DNA of 64,000 nucleotides from Pavona decussata (Eukaryota): NCBI GenBank assembly GCA_977016875.1, contig CDRNST010000334.1, positions 744,001 to 808,000 of the forward strand, read 5' to 3'. Shown piece by piece: positions 63,365 to 64,000 of this stretch (position 1 is its first letter; each line of letters starts with the position of its first letter). The notes under the pieces were generated by a model. It saw only the letters and a program-made list of their open reading frames with translations, ran no database searches and was not told where the DNA came from. The position numbers and the translations under genes were made by a program.

Positions 63365-64000
63365 TCAACGACACTTGCAGTGACTTGAAGGACAGTTTCC
63401 AGCGGCACAATTATTTTTGCACCATGTTTTCATTCCTGACACTCTCTTCCAGACCCCCACTGGTAAACAATTAGAGCCTGGCCGCTGAGTGGGCGCAGCT
63501 GTTCTCTTCTTTGGAGTGGATGGCCGCTGAGTAGGAGGATTTATGGGCTTGCCAGTTGTGATGAGAGCGTTAGCCACGGCACTCAAAAGAGGATATTTCC
63601 CTTGGCCACAGACGTTTTGGAAGTCATCCAGATCTATGGCCCAAAACATGGCGCCACGAAGGCCCTTTGCCTTGAGGAAGTTCACCTTCAGTTTAAGGCT
63701 TTTGGGATCATCGAAACCAACCCACAAATTCCCAGCATACCCGTATGGAGATAGCGCCACATTTCTCGAGACCACAGTTAAACGTTTGGTGCAAATTTCG
63801 TAATAAGACAGAAATCCTGATTCCTTTGTGTATTGTCCAGCTGGCGGATCACCGGAAGCTGGAGCTCCTAACCCGTTATTTGCCGGATTGACAAGTTTGA
63901 AGGCTCGTCCGTATGTTCCCATCCCCAGGGCTATTTTGGATGGCGGCATTCCATGCTTTACCCAGTAGTCCACTGCGTACGTTACGGTTAGTTTGTCCCC
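63365..64000 (-). CDS. GH18 chitinase copy 2, 3' part of last exon (5' end lies beyond the window); single 6-Cys module
   Basis: Near-identical to copy 1 from DKLTVTYAVDYW to YPLLSAVA, with a shorter linker. Stop at 63367-63365; homologous 3' UTR with AATAAA at 63303-63298. Confidence 0.95.
   Translation of the reverse strand, partial: GDKLTVTYAVDYWVKHGMPPSKIALGMGTYGRAFKLVNPANNGLGAPASGDPPAGQYTKESGFLSYYEICTKRLTVVSRNVALSPYGYAGNLWVGFDDPKSLKLKVNFLKAKGLRGAMFWAIDLDDFQNVCGQGKYPLLSAVANALITTGKPINPPTQRPSTPKKRTAAPTQRPGSNCLPVGVWKRVSGMKTWCKNNCAAGNCPSSHCKCR

Overview
AT-rich, intron-containing, repeat-dense animal DNA. The gene and repeat types suggest an anthozoan (stony coral) genome; this is an inference. 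There is one 270-nt assembly gap (4809-5078). Main content: (1) Two divergently transcribed three-exon paralogues that the ORF track shows only as fragments. Gene A is on the minus strand (7759-4429, 127 aa) and gene B on the plus strand (13184-15090, 149 aa). Each encodes a signal peptide, an acidic pro-region and a strongly cationic 8-Cys domain. They lie in a ~12-kb inverted duplication, the signal peptide is invariant while the mature region is highly diverged, and a third paralogue probably lies just left of the window. This is the best candidate for an undescribed antimicrobial/toxin-like peptide family. (2) A class A GPCR with a single coding exon (17759-18793, minus). (3) A tandem GH18 chitinase cluster on the minus strand: a complete two-exon gene (55982-52982, 534 aa) with a perfect kB site beside its TATA box, the 3' part of a second copy at the right edge, and a frameshifted orphan last exon of a third. 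All carry a short 6-Cys C-terminal module that is not CBM14. (4) Many mobile-element remnants: a TTAA-flanked Kolobok-like element with a decayed THAP domain, Crypton-like derivatives, MITEs, a LINE tail, tRNA-headed repeats and an apparently intact minimal type I hammerhead ribozyme. Exon models were derived by hand from splice signals and paralogue comparison. No database searches were run.
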